DNA from: Octopus sinensis
Lineage: Eukaryota
DNA: 64,000 bases
Assembly (NCBI RefSeq): GCF_006345805.1
Contig: NC_042998.1
Coordinates: 90,954,001-91,018,000 of the forward strand
Direction of reading: 5' to 3'
In this document: in pieces, positions 50,072-61,376 of the stretch
Layout: every line of letters begins with the position of its first letter
How positions within the stretch are numbered: the first letter of the stretch is position 1
Program-made: the position numbers and the translations under genes
Notes under the pieces: generated by a model
Told to the model about the DNA's origin: nothing
Seen by the model: only the letters and a program-made list of their open reading frames with translations
Database searches by the model: none

Positions 50072-51699
50072 CCTACCATCATATATAAAGAAAAGATACA
50101 TGAGGTAATGTAGATATAGAATAACTCGACTGGAATGTTTTTGCTCATAGATCTGTTAGATCTGGTTTAATCCAGTACTAAACAACAAAAAGTACAACGT
50201 TAAGTACTCAATTTGTGAACCAAATATGAAAATAAAAGCAAACTTATCGCGAAACAAAGGTATAGATTTATACACGGCAATTTCTAGTTAAGATTAAACT
50301 CACGATCGATAGTTTCCAAGGTCAGTGATTTCATCACTAAGCTATGATAGTAACTGTTTTCTATGTCGCTCCATCTGCTCTGTTGATTTTTTTTCCTTTA
50401 AAAATCTGGTGCCTATTCTTTACAGGAACTGAGATCGTTCTTCAAACTAAATACACACATACAGTAGGGTCTCACATATGTCATGAGCTACAATGGGTCC
50501 ACTATTAGCTGTCTAATTTGGAAACAACACAAAATTAATGTTAGATAATAATTATATTTGAATAGAGTTACGAAGTGGAATGTTCGTCCAAACCTATCGT
50601 CTCCCCCTTCACCTCCGTTGTATATGGATAAAGTGAGTTGAAAATTTCGATACACTGAGGTTATCTATATACTTAGTAAACAAAAACTCCCTATACAAGC
50701 GTTTTAAAATTTCATAACGGCTAAGGGTGATAACTCTATTAGGCCAGCTAATCAAAATTTCTATAAAAACAAAGCCAATATTGATAGGAGTGGATCCTGC
50801 ACACATTAATTGGTTTATCTACCTTCCAACCCTTAGTAACTCAGCACTCCGTGTTTACCAAAGAGCGTTTTAGAAATCCCGCCCCAAAACACGTTACTTT
50901 AATCAAACAAGCTATTATCTTACGCCATCCAATTATCCCATGCATCGCTTTCGTTTTGGATTTTTAGAACTAGTGCTCTTTTATGGAGGCAAGGAATTAT
51001 ATACCCTTAACGTAGTTCTTAGGGAGATTCAGCGTGACACAGAGTACGACAAAGCTAGCCCTTTGAAATAGAGGTGCTATTCATTTTTGCCAGCTGAGTG
51101 GATTGAAGCAATGTGAAATAAAGTGTCTTGTTCAAGGCCACAACACGTCACCGGGAATAGAATTCACGACCTTACGATTGTGAGCCGAATATTCTAATCA
51201 CTAAGCACATCATAATTCTGTTCATTGATATCACAATGTCCTCCAAATCATATTTTAATCCAGACAAATATTTTTTGAAAACGTGTTTAAAATATAAATA
51301 TTATATCTGGTTTAAATATTTTCTAAGACTCCTCTAAACACAACCTCCGCCTTAGAACCTACTCCACGATCGCCCTCCCGCCATTTGTGAGCTCACTGCA
51401 CCACCGACGAGGTTGATTCACTGGCTTAGAAATAACGCAACATCGAGAGCAGATTTGAACTTGCTTCTCAATAAATGGAAGTTCAATAACTTATCAACTC
51501 AGCTACTTCGGATTCAGAGAGTAATAAACTAACCGAAACTAATTGGTGGTAGTTTGTAATGAATAAGATTGAGTATCGTCACTTGAATATAATGGAACAT
51601 TTTACTTGTGTGATACGAAAACTCAATTTCTGGAGAGACTTTTAGCTGACCATGTTTTTGTTTAGTCTCAGGTTAAAACTCATCGAACGTATGTACACA

Positions 51700-51815
51700 C
51701 ACGCGCGCGCACACACACACACAACTACATATATATATACATATACATGCATACACACACGCACGCGCACGCACGCGCACGCACGCACGCGCACGCACGC
51801 GCACGCACGCACACA
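51700..51815. repeat. Compound (CA)n/(TA)n/(GCAC)n microsatellite
   Basis: Direct read. Confidence 0.9.
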
Positions 51816-53236
51816 TGGTTAAAGTCATTCCAGCAATGCCCATCTCCTCTTCTGAGGCCTACGTGAGCTAATGTGTCATGTCCTTATATAAAACGGTAAT
51901 GTGTGATTTGTACGAGATTTAGAGCTGTTGTAATTAGAAATCAAATCATCATGTATTGTGAAAATAATTAAAATAGTTCATTTCTTTTAACAAACGTACA
52001 AATCCAAAAGTCTTCTCCTATACTCAAATATTCATCTGTCACTTAAGTTAAAGCGAATAGAATAGGATTGCCTAAAAACAGAATTGTATAAGAAAAAATA
52101 ATTCTTCCCTCGACGTCATCTGTTAATGAATGGGATGCGAAACCGACTTGCAAACATTCGACTTTACTGCGAACACTGCGGTCTCGTCATCACTCTTATA
52201 CTAAGAAATGAAAAAAAAATATTTAAATATAAATTGATTACAATGTATAAGTTGTCTGAAATAGAAATAAAAAGAAAAAATATTGCCGTGAGCTTAAATC
52301 CTGTTCATTGATTTAAGAGGAAGATTACAATAATCTTTATGCTTCAATGATTAGATTAAGGTGATATTTAGACAGTATTAGCTCAGGTTAAGCACTGATA
52401 TTCCCATCTGAATCAGTGACTAGCTTTAATGACTCCATGAAAATACTTAAAACGTCTGTTTGGAAAACTAACGCATTCACTTCAATAAAACATGTAATAT
52501 TTTATCTGAACTGGTTTTCGTTCTACAAACTGAACAGTTTCCCATTACTTAAAGTGCCTATACTCTTGAGAAAGCTGTGTACATCACCATATTCCATATA
52601 GATTTTCTCTGTATAATATGAAGTTTTAGTACCTAGTCAAAGGAAACTAATGCTTAATATGATGTGCTTTAAATATGAAGAGTACCTGTGCAGTGTTGGT
52701 TTCTCGCTAACAAAGGTCGTGAGTTTCGTATCCAAGCACACATAATTACTCATCTTTATTGATCTACCAATAAATTCTGCAACGGAAGTCAAATGGCCTA
52801 TTTAAGAAACAGGGAACAAAATTTCAGTCTTAGTTCGAATTTAAGAAAAGCCATTTTTAACAATTCACTTTCTCTGTTGCTTGTATATTGTGTATAGGAT
52901 TGCTTGCATATTTTGTTCAAATTCTATGATTTCCTTTGACTCTAAGCCTCAAGTGTGACTAAGTGATTCCTTCCACTTAGCTTAATAACACAACTATAGT
53001 TGTCATCTTCTGAAAGATTTCGTTAACGTGTCGGATGAAATGCTTAATGACATTTCTTCAGGCTCTTTACATTCTGAGTTCAAATCCAGCCGAGACATAC
53101 TTGCCTTTCGTTTTTCGGGGTTTATGAAATGAGAACTAGCTGAGTATTGGAGTCAACATAATCGTCTATCCCACATACCCCAAATTTCAGGTCTTGTGCC
53201 TATAACAGAAAAGATTATTGTTATTATTATTATTAT

Positions 53237-54706
53237 TCAGTAGTTTTATTTTTATAGCGTGCTTTCACTTCACTACCGAGCGCAGCTCTGTGTGCCTTGG
53301 GTATGTGCTATGGTTTGTTGTGATGCTCTTATGGTTACTCTATTGAAAGTGTTTTGCGTAGGATGTGTGCAGTACCTAGTAGTGCAATTTTCTGTATGTT
53401 ATATATATTTGTAAGTCCTAGTGTTTTTATTATGTATTTGTCTGAATATTTTTTATCATACATAATGCACCTACTATGATAGTAATTATTTCTGTTTTTA
53501 GATTCCTCATTCGAGTTACCTCTATTTCCAGGTCTTTGTATTTTGAAAGTTTTTCCATTTCGTTTAGAGAAACGTTGTCATCTACTGGTATTGATACATC
53601 AATTAGAAAGCTTTTTCTTCATGATCTCTGACAACTATATCTTAATTTCTCTATCTGTATGTATTGGCATATTCCAAAGTATGGTTGCTTTCTCCTTTTC
53701 TGTGACCTTTTCTGGTGTGTGCCTATACCATCTTTTTTCTGTTGTTATTCCATAGTGTTGGCATAGCTTTCAGTGTATGTAGGTCCAAACTTTGTCGTGT
53801 CTGTGAATATATTGCTTCTTAGCCAGGACTGGGCAGCCAGAGATAATATTATTTATTGTTTCTTGTCCATCTCCACATATTCTGCAGTTACTTATGTTTC
53901 TTTTCATTATATGTTTTTGGTAATTTCTGGTGGGAAGGCTTTGGTCTTGTGCTGCAATTAAAAATCGCTCCGTCTCTGCTTTGAGTCCTGAGCTTCTCAA
54001 CCATTGCTGGGATTTTTCTCTGTCTATTTCTTTTGCATTTAGTTTAATCCAGTATTTGCCATGAAGGAACTTTTCTTGCCATCGTTTATCATGGTCCGTT
54101 GCTGTTCTAGGTTTAGTTTGGATTTCATTTGTTTTATAGCTTTTGTTGTTGTTTCTTCTTCTTCTTCTTCTTCTTCTTCTTCTTCTTCTTCTTCTTCTTC
54201 TTCTTCTTCTTCTTCTTCTTCTTCTTCTTCTTCTTCTTCTTCTTCTTGTTTGTATTTGTCAGCTTCCTTAAATACTGAGAACAATTTTTTGTTTTGCTCA
54301 TGTTTTGCTGCTATTTGTATCAGTTTTCCTTGCTTCTGAAGTAGGTATTTTAACAGTCCTATGGTGGTTATTTTATAATAGTTTTCCAGCTTTATAAGGC
54401 CTCTACCACCTTCTATACGTTGTATATATAGCCTTTCTATGTCAGATTTTGGGTGATGCATCATAGATCCTGTCATTATTTTTCTTGTTTTCCTATCTAT
54501 TTTGGTTAGTTCATTTAGCGTCCAGTTAAGGATATTGTAGCTGTAACTTATAACTGGGACGGCTAAAGTGTTAATACCTATTATCTTGTTTTTAGCATTG
54601 AGCTCTGTTTTTAGTATTGATCTAACTCGTCTATAGTATTCTTTCTATATTTTCTCTTTCATTTGTGTGTTGTGTCTTATCTAGTTCATGGATTCCTAAA
54701 TATTTG
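53237..54706 (-). mobile_element. 5'-truncated R4/Dong-clade non-LTR retrotransposon (RT thumb, CCHC finger, restriction-like endonuclease), frameshifted
   Basis: ERLYIQRIEGGRGL; GLKAETERFLIAAQDQSLPTRNY; CRICGDGQETINNIISGC...HRHDKV; IVVRD...LIDVSIP.D......EKLSKYKDL...IIVGAL...IALLGTAHILRK; 3' end runs into (TAA)n. Confidence 0.88.
54153..54245. repeat. (TTC)~31 tract, in-frame poly-Glu within the R4/Dong ORF
   Basis: Direct read; ORF 54039-54476 (-) stays open through it. Confidence 0.95.
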
Positions 54707-54709
54707 TAT

Positions 54710-54765
<56 letters not shown>

Positions 54766-54792
54766 TTATTATTATTATTTTTATTATTATTA

Positions 54793-54838
<46 letters not shown>

Positions 54839-55308
54839 AGGCGGTGAGCTGGCAGAATCATTAGCACACCGGGCGAAATGATTAGCAGCATTTCGTCTGT
54901 CTTTACGTTCTGAGTTCAAATTCCGCCGTTTGCGTTTCATCCTTTCGGGGTCGATAAAATAAGTACCAGTTGAGTACTGGGGTCGATGTAATCGACTAGT
55001 CCCCTTCCTCAAAATTTCAGGCCTCATGCCTATAGTAGAAAGGATTATTATCATTCAGGTGGCGAAAGGCAGCGAGCTGGCAGAATCGTTAGCGTGCGAG
55101 ACGAAATGCTTCGCGGTATTTCGCCCGTCGCTACGTTCCGACTTCAAATTCCGCCGAAGTCGACTTTGCCTTTCATCCTTTCGGGATCGATAAATTAAGT
55201 ACCAGTGAAACACTGGGGTCGATGTAATCGACTTAACTCCTTCCCCAAATTTCAGGCCTTGTGCCTATAATAGAAAGTATTATTATTATTATTATTATTA
55301 TTATATTA

Positions 55309-55344
<36 letters not shown>

Positions 55345-55364
55345 CATTATTATTATTATTATTA

Positions 55365-55424
<60 letters not shown>

Positions 55425-55431
55425 TATTATT

Positions 55432-55496
<65 letters not shown>
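54707..55496 (+). mobile_element. (TAC)n/(ATT)n arrays enclosing two tandem SINE family D copies (54838-55053, 55057-55285)
   Basis: ggcggtgagctggcagaatc...gtcgactttgcctttcatcctttcggggtcgataaaataagtaccag...gtgcctatagtagaaaggattatt; other copies at ~18105, 25905, 44045, 44800, 52995. Confidence 0.85.
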
Positions 55497-55497
<1 letters not shown>

Positions 55498-56110
55498 AAG
55501 ATCTAATACATTAATGTGGCCGAAATAGTTATATTGCGCAGTTGTTCCTTTGTTTATTAATCTATGTAAATACATGTAAAGGTGAGTGTGTCTGTGTGTG
55601 TGTATAAACCTGTGGTACACACACACACACACACACGCACGCACAAATTGATATGAAACGTCCTCCAAATACTGTGTTACTTATTAGCACAAATTAAACC
55701 TTCGCGAAAAGGAAGAAAATAAATCAAAAAGTTTGCTTCACATTCATACCAGAAGTATCATCTGGTATGTATTAATGTAGCTTTCTTTCCTGTCTTTGTA
55801 TAAATACAATGCACACACACACACACATATATACATACACACCAGCACACTCACACACATACATACAGTTGAATATTTCATTGTTGAAACATGCCTGTAG
55901 GTCACGATATACAATACATCCCGCTTGCTGGGGTAGCGTGATGTCTACTCGATCAGATTGTAGTTTGTAATCTGGAAACAATCTCCCGTCTTGCTTTAGG
56001 TCCTCATGTTTAACCAAAAGAAAGATTAGTTCAATCAGGTCTCCGGGTCTGCTAGAATTAGCAGCCAAATTATCCTCAAAGCAGACTCTACTGTCTAAAA
56101 CAGGAAAGTT

Positions 56111-56511
56111 TCTTTTACTTTCTTTTACTTGATTGAGTCATTTGACTGTGGTCATGCTGGAGCACCGCCTTTAGTCGAGCAAATCGACCCCAGGACTTAT
56201 TCTTTGTAAGCCTAGTACTTATTCTATCGGTTCCTTTTGCCGAACTGCTAAGTTACGGGGACGTAAACATACCAGCATCGGTTGTCAAGCGATGTTGGGG
56301 GAACAAACACAGACACAAACATATACACACACATACATCGATATATACATACGTACAACGGGCTTCTTTTGGTTTCCGTCTACCAAATCTACTCACAAGG
56401 CTTTGTTCGGCCCGAGGCTATAATAGAAGACATTTGCCCAAGGCGCCACGCAGTGGGACTGAACCCGAGACCATGTGGTTGGTAAGCAAGTAACTTACCA
56501 CACGGCTACTC
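56111..56511 (-). mobile_element. SINE family A, full length, CpG-rich copy
   Basis: Reverse complement of the 36055-36440 element. Confidence 0.88.
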
Positions 56512-57426
56512 AATCATTAGACTGTGGCCATACTGGGGCACTACCTTGAAGGGCTTCAGTCGAATGAATTGACTCTGGTACTTATTTGTTTGAAAGCCTG
56601 ATACTTATTCAATCGATCTTTTTCGCCGAACTGCTTGGTTTAGGGGACGTAAACTCATCAACACTGGTTGTAAAGTGGTGCTTGGGTACAAACATAGATA
56701 CAAAAACACACGCGCGCGTGAATATGCGCGCGCGCGTATAATTTAGAACAAACAGTAAGTTGTCATTATATTTAGTTGTCCGGAAAGTTCGTTCCGATTT
56801 ATAGTAGCTTACCTTTCGACTTATTTTAGAACATGGTTGAGTCTGAAACGAACTTAGTGTGAGTGAATATCTTGTCTTGTACTTTCGGGGTACAAGAAAG
56901 CAATCACTTAAAGCCGTTGCTTTAATAATCCAGAATTCTACTAGTCAGAAACAACAAGACGCAGACGTAAAATATATATATAACTACTTTATTCTCTTTC
57001 TTGGTAACAATAACAATAAGTGTGTTATCTGATGTCCTTGGTTCTGGGCGCGCAAGGCTGAAAGTTAATCGATTGTAATATTTACAATGTTCAGCCGCCC
57101 AAAACAGAAGGGGTCAAGATGGCGTCGAACAGGGAAGTTGAATGTGGTCGGCAACAATTTGGTTAAAGGCATTCGGCCGACTGCTGCTATCAACCGGAGA
57201 GAAAATATATCGTGACCGCCGCCTTCAATCGCTGGGTCCCAAGTCGCCGCTTGCTGCTGCTAGTGGTCAAACGTTCTACGATCCCCCTGCCTTGGCCAGG
57301 GTCGTGCTTCCGGTGGTTCGCGCATGCGCGAGAGGGCCCTTCCTTTCTCTGCCTTGGTAAAGGCACCAACACGCGCGAAATACAAATGGACGGTGCGCGA
57401 GCGCGCACCGCTATAGGATCACTACA

Positions 57427-57437
57427 GGCTCCCCTCC
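57427..57437 (-). promoter_or_regulatory. Polypurine tract
   Basis: Minus strand GGAGGGGAGCC immediately before the 3' LTR TGTAGTG. Confidence 0.8.
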
Positions 57438-58947
57438 AGTGCGTACGCACGAAAGGAAACTTATTGTAGTGACTGCAAAACTCAAGGTGGACACCAGATA
57501 ACCAAATAGCACACAATAATATAATGGCAAAATTTATAACATACACAAAAAATTTACTAAAGGAAAAAGAGAAAAAATACTCAATGAGCAAAAATCAAGA
57601 GTGCATGCATGAAAGTGTATACGTCACAAAGTATAGAGCCTTACGCTGAAGGGAGCGGAAGGAAAGCAAAAACTCAGTTAATGAACCTAAACGAAATTAA
57701 AATCCAACTTCTCTAAAGGTGGTTGATCCTGCAAAATAGCAGTTAAATCAATTGCTGCAGGAGAGGAAATGGAATTGACAGAAGCTCGCTAGTAACACAA
57801 AAGGCAAAAGTGCAAACATGCTGGTGTGATGCGCGACACAGATAATTTTCTCTGTTAATTACGTGACCAACAGTGGTCTAACAGGGAAAAATAATTACGC
57901 CTAAACATGGCGCAGCGCATGTGAACATCCGACGTCTATGAGTCGGGAAAAACTAAGCTACTGCAAACGTGTTGCCAAAAACAAGGCAAGTACACGTGCG
58001 AAGCAAAAGGCGCATGAAATGCAATAGAGCTTGCCAGACCGAAAAACAGCAAATGAATATGCCAGTGGTTAAGCGATTATATGCTTCGTTCGTACAGGAA
58101 CAAAAGTATGACATGCTGGCGCGTTATAATGGACAAACAACCCTCTCTATGTATACGTGACCGACCTAGGGTCTATAGAAATGAGGGGTGTCCACAAAAG
58201 GCAAATTTAGCATGGAACAAACAAGCGAGAAAAGCATGTGTGACGTATGTATGTGAGAGAGAGCATTTATGTGTGTGTACGTGTGTGCGACAGAAATACA
58301 TACAAGGTGAATGCGAGCAAAATATAAAAACAGCGCATAGAAAAAATGTCTCTCAAGGCTATTCCAGACAAGAGTTAATTTACCAGTCTGTAATAGCCTG
58401 ATGTACAATAGCAGTTCGTTCTGTAACAGAAATGTTGAAATCACAAAATGCAGATGCCGGTTGAACACATATCGTGTAGCGGTTGTGGCTTCAATGCTGT
58501 GACAGGTTAACTGGATACAGAAGAAATCTCGTAGATAGACGGTGCTGTGAATTCTTGGTGTGCTAATGCACAAACGGCAAGTGGACCAAACTTCCGCGAG
58601 TTGCTATGTACATCTTGTGGAGGTCGACGGTGTTGAAAGGCGACGTTGGTGGTGGCGACTGTAGTGGACTTGGGACAACATCGTTCTTAGTGATGATGGC
58701 GACGAAGATAGCGACGACGTGAAGTAGACAGACGACGATGGTGATGAGGAAGGTGGAGAAAAGGCATCGATGATGTGATGGCGTTCGTCATCATGGCTGT
58801 AGAATAAGAAAGAGGTTCCTTCTACAACTGTTCGTGGTGGCCGGAAACAAATCGTCGAAAGATGATGCGTAGAGTTAAATCGTGTTCCGACTTCGCAGAA
58901 AAACTGGATTTTTTTTTGTTGATAAGTGATCTCTGGTTTTAGACCAG

Positions 58948-58966
58948 AATCACGTCGGGGTCACCA
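58948..58966 (-). promoter_or_regulatory. Primer-binding site complementary to tRNA-Trp 3' end
   Basis: Plus strand AATCACGTCGGGGTCACCA matches the eukaryotic tRNA-Trp(CCA) 3' end as recalled; 1 nt from the 5' LTR. Confidence 0.88.
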
Positions 58967-59664
58967 CTGAAACGAACTTAGTGTGAGTGAATATCTTGTC
59001 TTGTACTTTCGGGGTACAAGAAAGCAATCACTTAAAGCCGTTGCTTTAATAATCCAGAATTCTACTAGTCAGAAACAACAAGACGCAGACGTAAAATATA
59101 TATATAACTACTTTATTCTCTTTCTTGGTAACAATAACAATAAGTGTGTTATCTGATGTCCTTGGTTCTGGGCGAGCAAGGCTGAAAGTTAATCGATTGT
59201 AATATTTACAATGTTCAGCCGCCCAAAACAGAAAGGGGTCAAGATGGCGTCGAACAGGGAAGTTGAATGTGGTCGGCAACAATTTGGTTAAAGGCATTCG
59301 GCCGACTGCTGCTATCAACCGGAGAGAAAATATATCGTGACCGCCGCCTTCAATCGCTGGGTCCCAAGTCGCCGCTTGCTGCTGCTAGTGGTCAAACGTT
59401 CTACGATCCCCCTGCCTTGGCCAGGGTCGTGCTTCCGGTGGTTCGCGCATGCGCGAGAGGGCCCTTCCTTTCTCTGCCTTGGTAAAGGCACCAACACGCG
59501 CGAAATACAAATGGACGGTGCGCGAGCGCGCACCGCTATAGGATCACTACAAGTCCATAAAATAGGATTTGACTACACTTCCATTTAGAGCACAGTTTAA
59601 GCTATCTTTTCGTGAAAGAAGCTTTATGTTCCTATAACCTGTGTTAATTCTGTAACCCTTTAAA

Positions 59665-60667
59665 ATGGAAGATAAGAAAGTTCATTTTCGGCACTTGATG
59701 CTTTTCTTTTTCCGTAAAGGTTAAATGCCTCACAAGCAACCAAAGAAATATGCGCAGTTTACGGTCAATTTTCTTTATCCGAAAGAACTGTGCCGAAGTG
59801 GTTCGCAAGGTTCCGAGCTGGAGATTGTAGCCTTATTGATAAAGAGCGATCAGACAGACCATCCACTACAGATGATAACCAAATCAAGTCATTAATTGAG
59901 AACAACCCATATTGCACAACTCGAGAATTGGCAGAAAGCCTCAACTTATCAAAATCCGTCGTTCATGAGCACCTGGTAAAGCTTGGTACACAAATCGCTA
60001 CGACGTTTGGGTACCACATGAGTTGAGTGAGTAGAACCTTTTGGATCGCATTTCCATTTGTGATTCGCTTTATAAAGGGAATGAAAACGCGCCTTTTTTA
60101 AAGCAAATTGTGACAGGTAATGAGAAATGGATTATCTACCGAAATGTTCAGAGAAAGCGATTCTGGAGTAAGTGACACGAGCCCCCCTTAGCCACCCCAA
60201 AAGCGGTTCTTCACCCTAAAAAAGTCTTGCTTTGTGTCTGGTGGGATTGGAAAGGAATTCTGTACTATGAGCTTTTCCCAAGTAACCAGACAATTAATTC
60301 TGAGAAATACTGCACACAACTGGACAAGTTAAAAGCAGCAATTCAAGAGAAACGTCCAGAATTGGCTAACAGGAAGGGTGTTGTTTTCCAACTTGATAAT
60401 GCAAGACCGCACGTTTCTTTGGGAACCACACAAAAATTGCTGCAGCTCGGCTGGGATGTGTTACCCCACCCTCCATATCCACCAGATATTGCTCCTTCAG
60501 ATTTCCACTTATTCCGGTTTCTGCAGAATAGTCTTAACGGTAAAGATTTCAATTCCTTGGATGACGTAAAAAGATACCTTGATGAATTCTTTGCCATGAA
60601 ACCAAGTCAATTCTGGGAAGAGGGTATTTTCAAGTTAAAGGAAAGATGGAGACGCATTGTGCATTAA
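59665..60667 (+). pseudogene. Mariner DD34D transposase pseudogene (2 frameshifts, 2 internal stops, first catalytic D changed to N)
   Basis: MEDKKVHFRHLMLFFFRKG...WFARFRAGD...WVPHELSE*...VTGNEKW...LCVWWDWKG...LDNARPH...HPPYPPDIAPSDFHLF. Confidence 0.93.
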
Positions 60668-61000
60668 AAATGAGCTTTTTCTTTCCTTTAAAAATCGGCA
60701 CGAACTTTCCGGACAACCCAATAGTACTAAGAGTTTCGAATGTTGAAGCGAAGAGCTACGATGCACTCTTGTCGGCTATTAATGGCAATAGACGCTATGA
60801 AAAACCGTTGAATAAAAGGGAAGTTACTCTAATAAGTAGAAAATAAGAAAAAAGATAAAAAAATACACGCAACCATATAGACATAAGACCTCCAGCGTTC
60901 ATAAAGTCTACACACGTACACACCCACACAAGCATGTATATGTACATGCACATACACACATAAACATATATGTGCATGTACGTACTCATACATATCCCCC

Positions 61001-61035
<35 letters not shown>

Positions 61036-61115
61036 AACACACACACAACACACACACACACACATATATGAGTAACTGGTTTTGTTGAATTTTCTGCTGC
61101 TTTAAATAAAGTATA

Positions 61116-61222
<107 letters not shown>

Positions 61223-61376
61223 TTATGTATGTATGCATGTATATGTGCACGCAACTTCATCCTCATAAACACATAGGTGTCTGCATGCATACATATATAT
61301 ATATAAATATATAAATATAGTGCGTTTAAATATTTGTTGTGCAAGATTTTTTATGTGAAGTCGTGTGTTGAAACAG

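Larger units (their letters stand above)
56844..59551 (-). mobile_element. Young non-autonomous LTR retrotransposon (2708 bp; LTRs 56844-57426 and 58968-59551)
   Basis: TG...CA LTRs differing by 1 substitution and 1 indel by eye; 4-bp TSD AGTC (56840-56843 / 59552-59555); PBS, PPT and minus-strand AATAAA (56988-56993); no gag/pol recognised. Confidence 0.93.
56771..60721 (+). mobile_element. Mariner transposon (mellifera/Famar1-like), interrupted in its 5' UTR by an LTR element
   Basis: TA|tttagttgtccggaaagttcgttccgattt left TIR and aaatcggcacgaactttccggacaacccaa|TA right TIR (3 mismatches in 30 bp); TA TSD. Confidence 0.92.

Noticed and set aside
54663-55506. Poly-Thr/Ile/Tyr/Val ORFs
   Set aside because: Translations of (TAC)n/(ATT)n microsatellites.
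57142-59588. Duplicated 72-133 aa ORFs
   Set aside because: They lie in the two GC-rich LTRs, where stops are rare; no protein motif.
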